Source: Myxococcota bacterium (GTDB lineage: Bacteria; Myxococcota_A; SURF-8). From it: a stretch of DNA of 64,000 nt. Numbering within the stretch: position 1 is the stretch's first letter; each line of letters opens with the position of its first letter. The position numbers and the translations under genes were made by a program. The stretch covers positions 928,001 through 992,000 of the forward strand of contig CAXXQS010000001.1 in assembly GCA_963674735.2 (NCBI GenBank), in the 5' to 3' direction. This document shows, piece after piece, positions 16,693-27,160 of the stretch. The notes under the pieces are model-generated. The model did not search any database and was not told the origin of the DNA. It was given only the letters and a program-made list of their open reading frames with translations.

Positions 16693-19257
16693 TCAGGAAA
16701 CGAGACGTGTTTTACGCCTGCGCAGAATCCCCCAAACAAGAAGAGGAAGCAGCCACGTGAAAGCGGCGTTTCCGCCGGAAGGGGAGGAAGAACAGCCGCT
16801 GTCGCCGGAGCCGGACCCGCCATCATCGCCTTCATCGGAATCGTCGTCGTCATTGAGAGAATCGCCATCGATGGACAGGTCGTCGTCGCCCGGTTCGTCA
16901 CCGTCGATTGAATCATCGCCATCGTCCACTGGAGTGTCCGCAGCCTCAAAGTCGCCGTCCGAGCATCCTTCACAGTGGCTTTCACAGCTCACGCCGCCCT
17001 CCAGCCGGTTGCAGTCGGCTTCCTCAAGCCAAGCGCTGTCGTAGTAACCCAGGCCACAAACGCCGTTGAGCGCGTAAGCTTGTTCCGAGGCGTCCCATTC
17101 CAGGGTGCAACCCATGTCGTCTTCGAAACGGTCATCGCCACTATGTGTGAAGACAAGGCTTGTGGGAGTGTCTTTGCAGATGCCGCAGACTTGCAGGATG
17201 GTTTCATTGCAGCTTACGATATCGAAGATGCCTTGGCTGATCGTTTCCCGGCATAGGTCGTCATGCAGGAGTGTCAAGCGATAACAGGAGAAGCGCGGAC
17301 CGCAGGCGTCGTTGTCGCCGTCTGGATACGTGTCCTCATCGCCATCGGGCGAGAGATCCAGGTCCGCTTCGGCGATGTCTTGCTCTGTCACATCGATATC
17401 GTTTTCAGTGCTTTCCTCAAGATCTCCATCGCTTTCAGTGAATTCGAGGTCGCCATCTTCCGTGTTTTCCTGCTCGCCTTCATCTTCGTCGTCCAAATCG
17501 CCATCCACATCGCCATCGGTCGCACTGGGCGGATGATACTCGACGGCGTCGAGGTCGAAGCCGGGGTAGCTGCCGCTTGAACTACTGCTGCGATCTTGGA
17601 TCTTGACGTAGCGGACGGTTTCAGTTCCGATTGCGGCGAGATCGAAAAAGGCGTCGCCGCTTGCATCGCCGAGATAGGTCCACGGCCCGGTGTAGTCGTT
17701 CGAGACGGAAACGCGATAGGGATCGCCGTTGTAAGGGGCGCCTTCGTAGACGGTCAATTCGTTGCCGACGCCGTTTTCCATGTCGACCCACATATCCAGC
17801 ACGGCGAAACCGTGTTGGGAGAGCGAAAATGCCGCTTCGTCGGGCGGGCCGAGCGCGGCCACGGACTCGGTGAGGTTGCTCATGTCCGCTTCGACGGCCG
17901 GAGTCTGGAGTGCGTAATAGCCGCCACCGGGGACCAATTGCACGTTGCGGGTGGCCTGTAGTCCGCGTTCGGGATCTTCGGATAGGGTGACACTGGTGAT
18001 GCGCTGAGCTTCGTAGCCCGGCGACCAGACGGTGAAATCGTAGCTTCCGGTGGGCAAGAGACGGTGATAATCACCAGCAATCGGGTCTGTGTAGACGGGC
18101 CAATGGGGCGAGTCGGCCAAAATCATGGCGTGCAGCGGGTCGCCGGTGTCGGCATCGGTGACAACGCCGTGGACGCCATCGCGGGCGCGGGCGAGCAGGG
18201 CCAGGATGGCCGCTTGGTTTTTGGCGTAGGTTCCCGAAATATTGATGTTTTCGGTTTCGATGGTCCAATCGAGATCACCGCGTGAGCCATAGGAAAAGTC
18301 GTTGGTGTCACCGTAGGTTTGGTACCAGTCGTAGCCGTTGATGGTTGTGTAACCGGTCGGCGCGGCAAAGAGGTCGGACAGCGTGATCAAGTACGCCTCG
18401 TCGGGACTGGCGCGGTAGGTGTAGTTCCACAGGTAGTTCACGTAATCGGCGGTGGTGTGAAAGCTGAGGGATAAGACGAAGTTGCGTTCCAGGTGGTGGT
18501 CGGCGAAGGCGCGGACTTCGGGCTGGGAAAACGCTCCGGAGTTGTCGTAGTCGCCCGACCAGTCGCCGCCGCGATATTGATAGCCATAGTTGCGATTGAG
18601 ATCGATATCGTTGGCGTTTTCGCGTTGACCATAGGCGCGGCCATCGGGATTGACCAGCGGAATGAAGGTGATTTCAAGCCCGTTGACCAGATCGGTGACG
18701 GTGCTGTTGGTGCCGTAATTGTCGGCGAGGTACTGGGCGAAAAGCAGTGGAATTTCAACCGACATATACTCGTTGCCGTGGTGACACCCCGCGATGCGGA
18801 CTTCCGGCTCGTTTTCGTTGCTGTTTACGTTGTCGCTCATCACGAGTCCGTGGATGCTGCGACCCTGGACGGAGGTTCCGAGGGTGAAACGACGCGCGAT
18901 GGCCGGATGGGCGGTGGCGATGGCGTCGAGGACGCTGCCGACGCCGCTGTTGTCGTGCCAGGTTTCGGCGCGTAGCGACTCATTGGAGGGCAGGGCGGGG
19001 TCGCGCGGGAGGTAGGTCGGCGCGAAGCCCAGCGATTCCAGTCGGATGCGCTGCTTTTCGTCGAGACGCAGCACGACGCCTTCTCGCAGGCGATGGCGGA
19101 TTTGCACCCCGGCGGCGGCCAGCAGGTCGACCTGGGCGCGCGAGTGGATCGGGACGCGGTAGAAGGCGGCATCGTTGTTATTCGGAGCGGCGAAGGAAGG
19201 CACGCTGAAGAGGCAGACAAACAGGATGACAAAGAGTGGATAAACGAAGCGCTGCAT
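16693..19257 (-). CDS. M14 zinc carboxypeptidase, secreted, with MYXO-CTERM-like sorting tail
   Basis: Signal peptide; HxxE (CHHGNE), DLNRNY and SFHT motifs; acidic linkers; C-terminal GCS...hydrophobic-RRRK. Confidence 0.88.
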   Translation of the reverse strand: MQRFVYPLFVILFVCLFSVPSFAAPNNNDAAFYRVPIHSRAQVDLLAAAGVQIRHRLREGVVLRLDEKQRIRLESLGFAPTYLPRDPALPSNESLRAETWHDNSGVGSVLDAIATAHPAIARRFTLGTSVQGRSIHGLVMSDNVNSNENEPEVRIAGCHHGNEYMSVEIPLLFAQYLADNYGTNSTVTDLVNGLEITFIPLVNPDGRAYGQRENANDIDLNRNYGYQYRGGDWSGDYDNSGAFSQPEVRAFADHHLERNFVLSLSFHTTADYVNYLWNYTYRASPDEAYLITLSDLFAAPTGYTTINGYDWYQTYGDTNDFSYGSRGDLDWTIETENINISGTYAKNQAAILALLARARDGVHGVVTDADTGDPLHAMILADSPHWPVYTDPIAGDYHRLLPTGSYDFTVWSPGYEAQRITSVTLSEDPERGLQATRNVQLVPGGGYYALQTPAVEADMSNLTESVAALGPPDEAAFSLSQHGFAVLDMWVDMENGVGNELTVYEGAPYNGDPYRVSVSNDYTGPWTYLGDASGDAFFDLAAIGTETVRYVKIQDRSSSSSGSYPGFDLDAVEYHPPSATDGDVDGDLDDEDEGEQENTEDGDLEFTESDGDLEESTENDIDVTEQDIAEADLDLSPDGDEDTYPDGDNDACGPRFSCYRLTLLHDDLCRETISQGIFDIVSCNETILQVCGICKDTPTSLVFTHSGDDRFEDDMGCTLEWDASEQAYALNGVCGLGYYDSAWLEEADCNRLEGGVSCESHCEGCSDGDFEAADTPVDDGDDSIDGDEPGDDDLSIDGDSLNDDDDSDEGDDGGSGSGDSGCSSSPSGGNAAFTWLLPLLVWGILRRRKTRLVS

Positions 19258-19283
19258 GAAAAACCTCGTGGAAAGACGACCGC

Positions 19284-19982
19284 TTAGGGCGCGGGGTTAA
19301 GCTTGGAAAGATAGAGTTTGGCCAGGGCGTTCTCGGGTTCGGCGGCGAGCACCTGTTCCCATTCTTTACGGGCGCGGTCGGGAACGTTGGTTAAGTAGTC
19401 GCACAGGCCCAGAAAAACGCGCGCCGGATGGTAATCGGGTTTCTGGTCGAGGATGCGGCGATACTCGGCGGCGGCGGCCTCGTAGCGTTCGAGCACGCGC
19501 AGACAGTTGCCGTAGAGCAGGCGAATATCGTGGTAATGGGGAGCCAGTTCGAGGGCTTTGGTGAATTCCTCGACGGCCGCCTCGCCCTGGTTGCATTGCA
19601 GGTAAAGTTGGGCGATTTCCCTGCGCAGGTTGGCCAGCCGTCCGCGCACGTTTTTGGGAAGACCATTCCAGCCGTCCGCGCCGGAGACGGCGGGTTTCCA
19701 GCGTTCGGCCAGCTCTTTCTCGCCCAACTCGTTGAGCAGGATGAAATAATTGATGCGGGCTTCTTCGAATTGCGGATTGATGGCCAGGGCGCGGTCGAAA
19801 GCGCCGCGTGCGGCCAGCAGATCGCCCATGGAGTGAAAGATCACGCCCATGAGGTGGAAGACATCGGCGTAGCCGTCGTTCTGCTCGATCACGGCGGTGA
19901 AGTGCTTCAGCGCCAGGCGATAATCGCCGTTGCGATAGGCATCCTTGCCGAGTTGAATCCGATCCGCCCGTTCACGCTCCAT
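19284..19982 (-). CDS. Tetratricopeptide repeat protein
   Basis: Several TPR units (A...F.RAL.INP.F..A). Start MERERA follows a GGGAG RBS. Confidence 0.85.
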   Translation of the reverse strand: MERERADRIQLGKDAYRNGDYRLALKHFTAVIEQNDGYADVFHLMGVIFHSMGDLLAARGAFDRALAINPQFEEARINYFILLNELGEKELAERWKPAVSGADGWNGLPKNVRGRLANLRREIAQLYLQCNQGEAAVEEFTKALELAPHYHDIRLLYGNCLRVLERYEAAAAEYRRILDQKPDYHPARVFLGLCDYLTNVPDRARKEWEQVLAAEPENALAKLYLSKLNPAP

Positions 19983-20063
19983 GTTTGGCTCCCTGCAAAA
20001 AGTCCATCTATTGCGGAGTTTACCCCAGCCGCCCATTGGGTGCAAGCGAAAGGGATAGCGGAA

Positions 20064-23000
20064 TCAGGCACTTTCTTCCGGGGCTTCAATGGCTCCGATC
20101 TCGATCAGCTTTTGTATGATAGGGCCGATCAACTCGACATCGGGCTGGCGGTGGATGGCGTTGCAGAGTTTTAAATAGCGGTTTAGTGGGTCCACAATCC
20201 AATTTGAATAGGCCTGGGGCAAGGCAAGAAAGTAGGGAGAAATGATTTGAAGGGATTCTTTGCAGGCGTCATGCGCCTCTTCAGGACGATTGAACTGTTC
20301 GAAGTCAATGGATATATTAAACAATGAGGTGGCCAGATCAGGGTTGAAGGCATCGGGATATTTTTGAGCGAGTTCGCGCCGGATATCGATGGCTTCCAGG
20401 CTGGCGTCCATGGCTTCCTGGTGGCGATCAACATCGGTCAAGCGAGCAGACAGGTTATTGAGGGAGCTTGCGAGGTCAGGTTTGAACGCGTCGGGCCTGT
20501 TTTCTGCGAGTTCTTTGCGGATTTCGACGGCTTCTAATATGGCATCGAGCGCTTTTTCTCTTTTTCCGAGCTCGCTGTAGCGAGCAGACAGGTTATTGAG
20601 GGAGCTTGCGAGGTCAGGTTTGAACGCATCGGGTCTTTTTTGGGCGAGTTCTCTGCGGATTTCGACGGCTTCTAAGCTTGCTTCGAGCGCTTTTTCTCTT
20701 TTTCCGAGTTCGCTGTAGCAGTTTGACAGGTTATTGAGGGAGCTTGCGAGGTTTGGTTTGAACGCGTCGGGTCTTTTTTGGGCGAGTTCTTTGTAGATTT
20801 CGACGGCTTCTAATATGGCTTCGAGCGCTTTTTCTCTTTGTCCGAGCTCGCTGTAGCGGTTTGACAGGTTATTGAGGGAGCTTGCGAGGTCAGGTTTGAA
20901 CGCGTCGGGCCTGTTTTCTGCGAGTTCTTTGCGGATTTCGACGGCTTCTAATATGGCATCGAGCGCTTTTTCTCTTTTTCCGAGCTCGCTGTAGCAACCG
21001 GACAGGTTATTGAGGGAGCTTGCGAGGTTTGGTTTGAACGCGTCGGGTCTTTTTTGGGCGAGTTCTTTGTAGATTTCGACGGCTTCTAATATGGCTTCGA
21101 GCGCTTTTTCTCTTTGTCCGAGTTCGCTGTAGAAAACAGACAAGTTATTGAGGGAGCTTGCGAGGTCAGGTTTGAACGCGTCGGGTCTTTTTTGGGCGAG
21201 TTCTTTGTAGATTTCGACGGCTTCTAAACTGGCATCGAGCGCTTTTTCTCTTTGTCCGAGTTCGCTGTAGCGGTTTGACAGGTTATTGAGGGACATAGCG
21301 AGGTCAGGTTTGAACGCGTCGGGTCTTTTTTGGGCGAGTTCTTTGTAGATTTCGACGGCTTCTAAACTGGCATCGAGCGCTTTTTCTGGTTCTCCAAGAG
21401 CGCCGAGACGCACGGCAAGGTTGTTGGCATAGAGAGCAGCTTCTTCAAGATTATTCGTGCGTTTTGCATGGTTTAGTAGAATTTGCCTTGTTGCCGTCGC
21501 CGCTTCACGCAGGCAAACGGTTTCAAGTGGAAATGCACTGTGTAAAGCCTTCGCCGCCTCGACATTCTGCGTGCTTTCGAAAGCTTGCGCCAGGGCCAGG
21601 CCCAGTGGATCGCTGAGGGACGGATCGTTTTCAGGGAGGGCCTCTTGCAGTGCAACCTCGATACCAATGCGGCCCAAGCGCGTGAGATCCTGAGCGAAAG
21701 CCAAGGCCAGCCATGCGCTGGCTGCCGGGTTTCGGCGCACGATGCGTGCCAAAACGGTGATGCCTTGTTTCACACCGCGCTCGGATGCCTGGGGTGAAAA
21801 GGCCGCTTCGAGCACGCGTTGGCCTTCATCGGTGGCGAGCACCTGCTCGATCCAGAACTCACCGATCAGGTCCGGTTCCAGGCCGCGCAGGCGACTGAAG
21901 CGCTTCTGTTCCCGTTCGCCGTAAAGATCGACCAACACCTCGATGGCGGATTCCAAATGGTTGGGAATATCGGTGTGTTCACCCAGTATTATCATGGACT
22001 GCTTTAAGAATTCGTAGTCGTCGATCTCGCCATGCAAGGTGGCCAACGCCACGGCGCGTTCGAGGCAGGCCAGGCGGCTGGCGTGTGTTTCGACATCCAA
22101 ACCCCGGCTGTTGGCCTTGCGCTGGATGACATCTCGTTCGCGCTGTTGTACGAATTGCAGCAGGTCGCCATCGTTCTCCAAAATCTGGCCATCCATCCAG
22201 GCCAGGGCGGCGATGTGGATAAACAGCATGCGCTCGAAGTGCTTCTTCTCAAGCTTGGGTTGGGCGAGATCGGTTTGTTTGATGGGTAGATTTTTTTTCT
22301 TGAAGGCCTCGATGGCTTGCTCGAAAGCGGAATAGCGCTCGTTTTCGGGTAAAGCCAGGGCGCTGTGTGACTTGATCGGGGCCAGGTCGAAAATCTGGCC
22401 CATCTGTTCGGGAACTGCGGCTTTGAGATGCTGCCACCAATCACTTACACGGCGGCAGATCAACACCACGCGAAGGCGGCGACCGGCGGCGTTGTCGTGC
22501 AGCACCTCCACCAACTGCCGAACTTCGTCAGGGCGGGTTTCGGCATAATCGACGACGATCAGGAAATGATGGCCAAGCTGCAGGATTTCGCGAAATTCAC
22601 GCGCAAAGCCCGGCCTTTTCGTCGCATGATCCCGCAGAAACGCCGCCTGCCAATTGCCTTTCAAGCGGAGTTTCCCGGTGTTGATCAGGTCCATCACTTC
22701 AAGGTAAAGCCGCGTTTTACCCACACCACCTTCGCCCTGCACCACCCACAACGACAACGCCTCGTCACGCAGGCACCAAGCCTCAACATCGGCGATTTTG
22801 TCGTCGCGTCCGAAACGGGGAACGATGGCGTGGCGCGCCACCAAGAGCTTGCGGCTTAGTGAATGCTTCTTCGGATCGAAGGGCAGGTTCGCATTCCAGG
22901 TTTTAAAGCGTTTATCGAGGATGTCTTCGGTGTTATCAGAGACTTTTTTACCTTCTTGGAACGCGGCGACAAATGAACTGCCCGCAATACCGATCACCAT

Positions 23001-23129
23001 TCCGGCAAACGCAGCCACTGCGTAATAGAGCAGTTGGTCGGAGGAAAGCCCCAAAACCCAAACGGAAATGCCCAAAAAGGTCAAACCCGATAAAGCGCTG
23101 AATAAAAATGTCCGTTTCAATCCCGACAT
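20064..23129 (-). CDS. Membrane-anchored P-loop NTPase (STAND-like) with TPR array
   Basis: Two N-terminal hydrophobic helices, Walker A GEGGVGKT, Walker B LIVVDYAE, and C-terminal 46-aa TPR-like repeats. Confidence 0.8.
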   Translation of the reverse strand: MSGLKRTFLFSALSGLTFLGISVWVLGLSSDQLLYYAVAAFAGMVIGIAGSSFVAAFQEGKKVSDNTEDILDKRFKTWNANLPFDPKKHSLSRKLLVARHAIVPRFGRDDKIADVEAWCLRDEALSLWVVQGEGGVGKTRLYLEVMDLINTGKLRLKGNWQAAFLRDHATKRPGFAREFREILQLGHHFLIVVDYAETRPDEVRQLVEVLHDNAAGRRLRVVLICRRVSDWWQHLKAAVPEQMGQIFDLAPIKSHSALALPENERYSAFEQAIEAFKKKNLPIKQTDLAQPKLEKKHFERMLFIHIAALAWMDGQILENDGDLLQFVQQRERDVIQRKANSRGLDVETHASRLACLERAVALATLHGEIDDYEFLKQSMIILGEHTDIPNHLESAIEVLVDLYGEREQKRFSRLRGLEPDLIGEFWIEQVLATDEGQRVLEAAFSPQASERGVKQGITVLARIVRRNPAASAWLALAFAQDLTRLGRIGIEVALQEALPENDPSLSDPLGLALAQAFESTQNVEAAKALHSAFPLETVCLREAATATRQILLNHAKRTNNLEEAALYANNLAVRLGALGEPEKALDASLEAVEIYKELAQKRPDAFKPDLAMSLNNLSNRYSELGQREKALDASLEAVEIYKELAQKRPDAFKPDLASSLNNLSVFYSELGQREKALEAILEAVEIYKELAQKRPDAFKPNLASSLNNLSGCYSELGKREKALDAILEAVEIRKELAENRPDAFKPDLASSLNNLSNRYSELGQREKALEAILEAVEIYKELAQKRPDAFKPNLASSLNNLSNCYSELGKREKALEASLEAVEIRRELAQKRPDAFKPDLASSLNNLSARYSELGKREKALDAILEAVEIRKELAENRPDAFKPDLASSLNNLSARLTDVDRHQEAMDASLEAIDIRRELAQKYPDAFNPDLATSLFNISIDFEQFNRPEEAHDACKESLQIISPYFLALPQAYSNWIVDPLNRYLKLCNAIHRQPDVELIGPIIQKLIEIGAIEAPEESA
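20442..21386 (-). repeat. About 7 near-identical 138-nt tandem repeats encoding 46-aa TPR units
   Basis: ATTTCGACGGCTTCT recurs at 20521, 20659 and onward at 138-nt spacing. Confidence 0.95.
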
Positions 23130-23381
23130 TCGACCGCCTCTCTCAAACGATCCATCGCCAGCCCCGCTGTGATTGGCTTGTGTCACATCTTGCTGCGCTG
23201 TCCGGTTGTGGGGTAAGTGGCACCTACATGTATACGACATGATTGGTCGGGAATCAAGAAGTTCTTGTAACTATACGATATTGCGGATGTAATACGGAAC
23301 TCTCCACCCGCACGCAAAACGGCCGCCGGGGCGACCGTGGGGGAAATATGGGGTGGTTACGGGATCGCTAAGGGGCTGGAA

Positions 23382-23573
23382 TCAGGAGCACCAGCAGTCC
23401 TTGTCGCTGTCGCAGCAGGGCAGGGCGATGTTGTCGGGGCTTTTCACCACCTTTTCGCCGCAAAGCTGGCAGTGGGTGGTCTCCTTGCCCGACTCGTCGA
23501 TGCATTCCGAGCCGCAGACCCAGCAGTGACTTTGGGTGATGAGTTCCTTCGGGCTTTTTTTGACTGATACCAT
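23382..23573 (-). CDS. Small Cys-rich (9 Cys) zinc-ribbon/metallothionein-like protein
   Basis: 63 aa with HCWVCG and HCQLCG knuckles plus a CC...CWC tail; purine-rich GAAAGGG upstream of the ATG. Confidence 0.55.
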   Translation of the reverse strand: MVSVKKSPKELITQSHCWVCGSECIDESGKETTHCQLCGEKVVKSPDNIALPCCDSDKDCWCS

Positions 23574-23780
23574 GGTGTGACCCTTTCATGTTGAACGTGT
23601 TGAGTGTAGAGCCTTCATAACTTTAGACACGCAGGCGCGGTCGTCTATTCCCAACCCGGCTAAACCGACCAGCCGCTCCGAAGGCCACCTATCGAGACGC
23701 GCGGCTTGCGTTCGTCCGGATTGGGCAGCGGCACTCGAATGCCGAAATACAACCTCGTTTCGTGCGTAACGCCGAATCCT

Positions 23781-23921
23781 TGTTGACAAATTGTTGATAA
23801 GCTGTTGATAACCATCGGGAAGATTGTGGATAAACGCGAGTGGTAACGTGGATAACGTGTGATGAGATCGCCTGATCTACGCGGAAATAGTGTGAATAAG
23901 TAGCCGAAAAGGTGTGGATAA
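23781..23921. promoter_or_regulatory. Cluster of co-oriented DnaA boxes (oriC or DnaA-titration candidate)
   Basis: TGTGGATAA at 23825 and 23913; TGTGAATAA at 23891; CGTGGATAA at 23847; TGTTGATAA at 23792 and 23803; TGTTGACAA at 23781. All lie in an intergenic region. Confidence 0.7.
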
Positions 23922-24032
23922 ACAGTTTATAACGTGTTCCTATGGATTTCTATGTGTCTGAAATAAAACGAGTAATTTGATTCATCGGTTGTCGGCTAGG
24001 ATCCGCGAAGCACGTCCACCAAACCCGTCCAC

Positions 24033-24056
24033 AAAAAAGCCGCCCCGAAGGGCGGC
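24033..24056 (-). terminator. Rho-independent terminator after the metallopeptidase gene
   Basis: GCCGCCC-CGAA-GGGCGGC stem, with T6 on the minus strand. Confidence 0.8.
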
Positions 24057-24081
24057 CAAGATGCGCAGATGAAAGGAAGGA

Positions 24082-26885
24082 TCAGGCGCGCAGGCGACGG
24101 CGGACGGCCAGTCCCAGCATGAGCAGAAGCAAGGCCATAGCCGGTGTGGAGCCGCTTTGACGGCAGCCGCTCGAACTCGACGAACCCGAGCCGCCTTCGT
24201 CGTCGTCATCATCGTCCGAATCGTCGCCATCGGGCTCGTTGCCGTCGGGGGCTTCCTGACAAAAACCGCCACAGTCGGTTTCAGCACAGATTTCGCCTTC
24301 TTCGCAGTCGTCGTCCGCTTCGCATTCGGGGGCGATATCCACGCACAAGCCGTTGGCGCAAAGTTTACAGGGCCCGCAATCGACGCTGGTGGTGCATTCC
24401 CGGCTCATCGCCGTCCGGGTTGTCGCCGTCGGGGTCGTCCCCATCGGGATCATCGCCGTCGGGATCGTCGCCGTCCACCGGAAGCGCCTCGCAGAAGCCG
24501 CCGCAATCGCCGATGTCGCAGAATTCGTCGTCTTCGCAGTCGGCATCGGTGTCGCATTCCGGCACGATGACTTCACAGGCGTGGGTGTCGTTGCAGATAT
24601 TGCAAGCCGGGCAATCCGCGTCGGTGTGACAGGGCGCTTCGCCTTCGCCGAAGGTGAATACATGCCCCATCATGTAGGAACCGCCGCCCATGAAGCTGCC
24701 GCCGCCCGAGCTGGTGTTGGCGATGGCGATGTAGTAATCACCCGCGACGAAAGATCCGCCGCCCTCCGGCATGATGAGAGCCACGTATTTGTCGAGCTGC
24801 GGATTGGTCGACTCCCACTCGGCGGCCTCGGCTTCGAGATCGTAGGTAGCCGAGACGGTGTCGTCGGTGTAGGCGAAGAGCACCGGACCGTCTTTTTTGA
24901 CCAGGTACTTGATGTCCATCGATCCGCCGACCAGTCCGCCCTGGGCGATGCTGTTGAAATCGGCCCGGATGTAGTCGACATCCGCGGGAACCGTCAGTTT
25001 GAATTGGAAAAATCCCGGTGTGAAGGGAGAAAGGCCGCTGCTGCCATTATCGTACAAAGTAATCATTTCGAAGAATTCGTTTTCTTCCGTGGGGACGGCG
25101 CGGTTGCAGTGAGCAGGCCAGATGCCGCGAGCCTGGAAAATATTCTCGGCAGCGGCTTTGGCATCCGTTCCATACCAATCTTCGACATGAGAGGCGATCG
25201 TCACGGCTCCCTGCGTGAAGGTCGGCGACTGGCTCAGTTCCAGTAAGCCTTCGAAAATCACCGCAGCCACTTCATCCGCATCCGCTCCATCGGTGATCAG
25301 CCATTCACGGATTTCCCACAAAGCACCCGACCACCATTCGGAGTCGTCGTGCACTTCGCCTTTTACATCGTCGGGGCAGACTTTGTCGTTTTCAAGGTCG
25401 CGCAAAGCCACGTTGTCGCCGAAAGCGTTGCCCACATATTCCGCCAGACTGGGGTCGCCCACGTAAGCGGCCGAGAAAAAGTCGGCGAAGCCTTCATTCA
25501 TGGCCCCCGGATCGGTTGCCAGGCCGTACTGATCGGCGATGATGCTGGTCAGCTTGATCGTGGAATCGATAACGGCATGGGTGAATTCGTGGAAGACGAC
25601 CTCGCCATCGTAGGAGAAGTCGATGTCCGTACCCTGGCCGAAAACGATCGAGTCTTCCTGGGGATAGAGCTGGGGGACGATCCCGCCGGTCGGCGAATAA
25701 AAAGCGTTATCGAAAGGAATCAGGTCGGTGGGAATGCCCCCACCTAAAAGAGCTTCGTAATCAAGCATTTTGAAGTTGGCGATGCAGCGAAGCTTTTGCT
25801 GTTCAAGCGAGGTAAACGGAGGAGTGGTGCTATCGATTTCCATGGCAAGATCGAGGAAGTATTGATAGATGATTCCGACCTGATAGAACAGGTGCAACTC
25901 CGAGAATTCATCACCGGAAACGCCCGCATCCTCCCAGTTGCCGAAAGCCGGGGTAAGCAGAAAATCGCCGTTGGCGTCAGCCTCGGCAACATGGCGTTCG
26001 GTGCAGACCGGGACGCTACCCAGGAAAGGAACGGTCATCGTGCCGCCTTCGTCGGGGCAGTTCAAAGCATAATGTTTTTCGCCTTCGGTTTGGATCGGGT
26101 CGCCTGCTGTTGCCGGCAGACTTAGGAAGGGCATGTCGCGCGTGACCAGGGTGCCTTGCTCGTCGGCACCCGGATTGTACTCGAACACATCCGCCTGTTT
26201 CATGAACACAACCTGGTTCAGGCTCATCAGGAATTCACCGCTATGGGCGTCTACAAAAGCGATCCGTCGTTCCGTGGGGAACGGCAAAGGCATCGCGACC
26301 GCATAAGCCAGCCGCATTTTTCCGGCCGTTTGCCAGATGTAAAGCTTGGTTTGCTTCGTATCCATTTCGGTTGTACGTAATGAATCGGTGGGAAAACCGT
26401 ATACCGATGCCCAGGCTTCGGCGATGGCTTCATAAGGGGAAATAGTCGGGACAGGGTTCAAATTCCTGATTGAGAGGGCTTGATTGTGTACGCGAACGAC
26501 TTCGTCTTTATCGTTTAGCACAACATTTACCTGACCCAGATAGACCGGGATCCCTTGCCATTCTTGCGTGAAGCGCAAGGCGCGCACTTTACCGAGGTTG
26601 TAACGTCGGTCAAAGCGCAATTCGGAAACGTCGCTGAGACCGATCAGCTTGGTATTGCGCCGCAGAAAATCGCGTGCTTTCAGTTCATCGGAACCCGTTT
26701 TTACAGTTGCGGCTGCAAAATCATAAAGCAGGCGTGGAGCATCCTGGTTTTCAGTGAAAAGCGCTTTGGCTCCGGGGTGTTGCGATTGGAAGGATGTCAA
26801 AGCGTTGGGAGCGGCCCAAGCGTTGAAGGTGGCCAGTAATAAAACAAATACGGCCAACCCGGTTAGGGGGGCGACGATAGGTCAT
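24082..26885 (-). CDS. M36/M4-type (fungalysin/thermolysin-like) metallopeptidase with propeptide, Cys-rich repeats and MYXO-CTERM-like tail; two apparent frameshifts
   Basis: FTP-like propeptide, DNAFY, HEFTH, NEGFADF and GEVH motifs. Removing one base near 24400 and one in the G6 run at 26866-26871 joins the ATG at 26885, ORF 24365..26857 and the C-terminus of ORF 24082..24663 (GCRQSG...LLLLMLGLAVRRR). Confidence 0.8.
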
Positions 26886-27160
26886 GGACTTCTCTCCTTA
26901 TTCCGACGTTCGAAGATATTCCTAGCGGGTAACATTCATGTAAAGCGTGCTCACACGTTTTGGAAGGATTTTGCTTGTTACTCTCCATAATCGCGATTTA
27001 GCCTACTTTAGCGTCAATCGCCTGTCAAGTGGAATAGACGGTTCTCTCTTCGTAATAGATGGCAAGGTATTATCAACCTGGAACGGCGTGCAGGATTGCC
27101 TTTACAGCCGCTCTGTTCTCGGCTAGAAACAGAAGAACGGATTATGAGTGAGGAAGTGGC

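Noticed and set aside
20442-21386. 138-nt repeats as a CRISPR array
   Set aside because: They are contiguous in-frame coding units with no unique spacers, and there are no cas genes.
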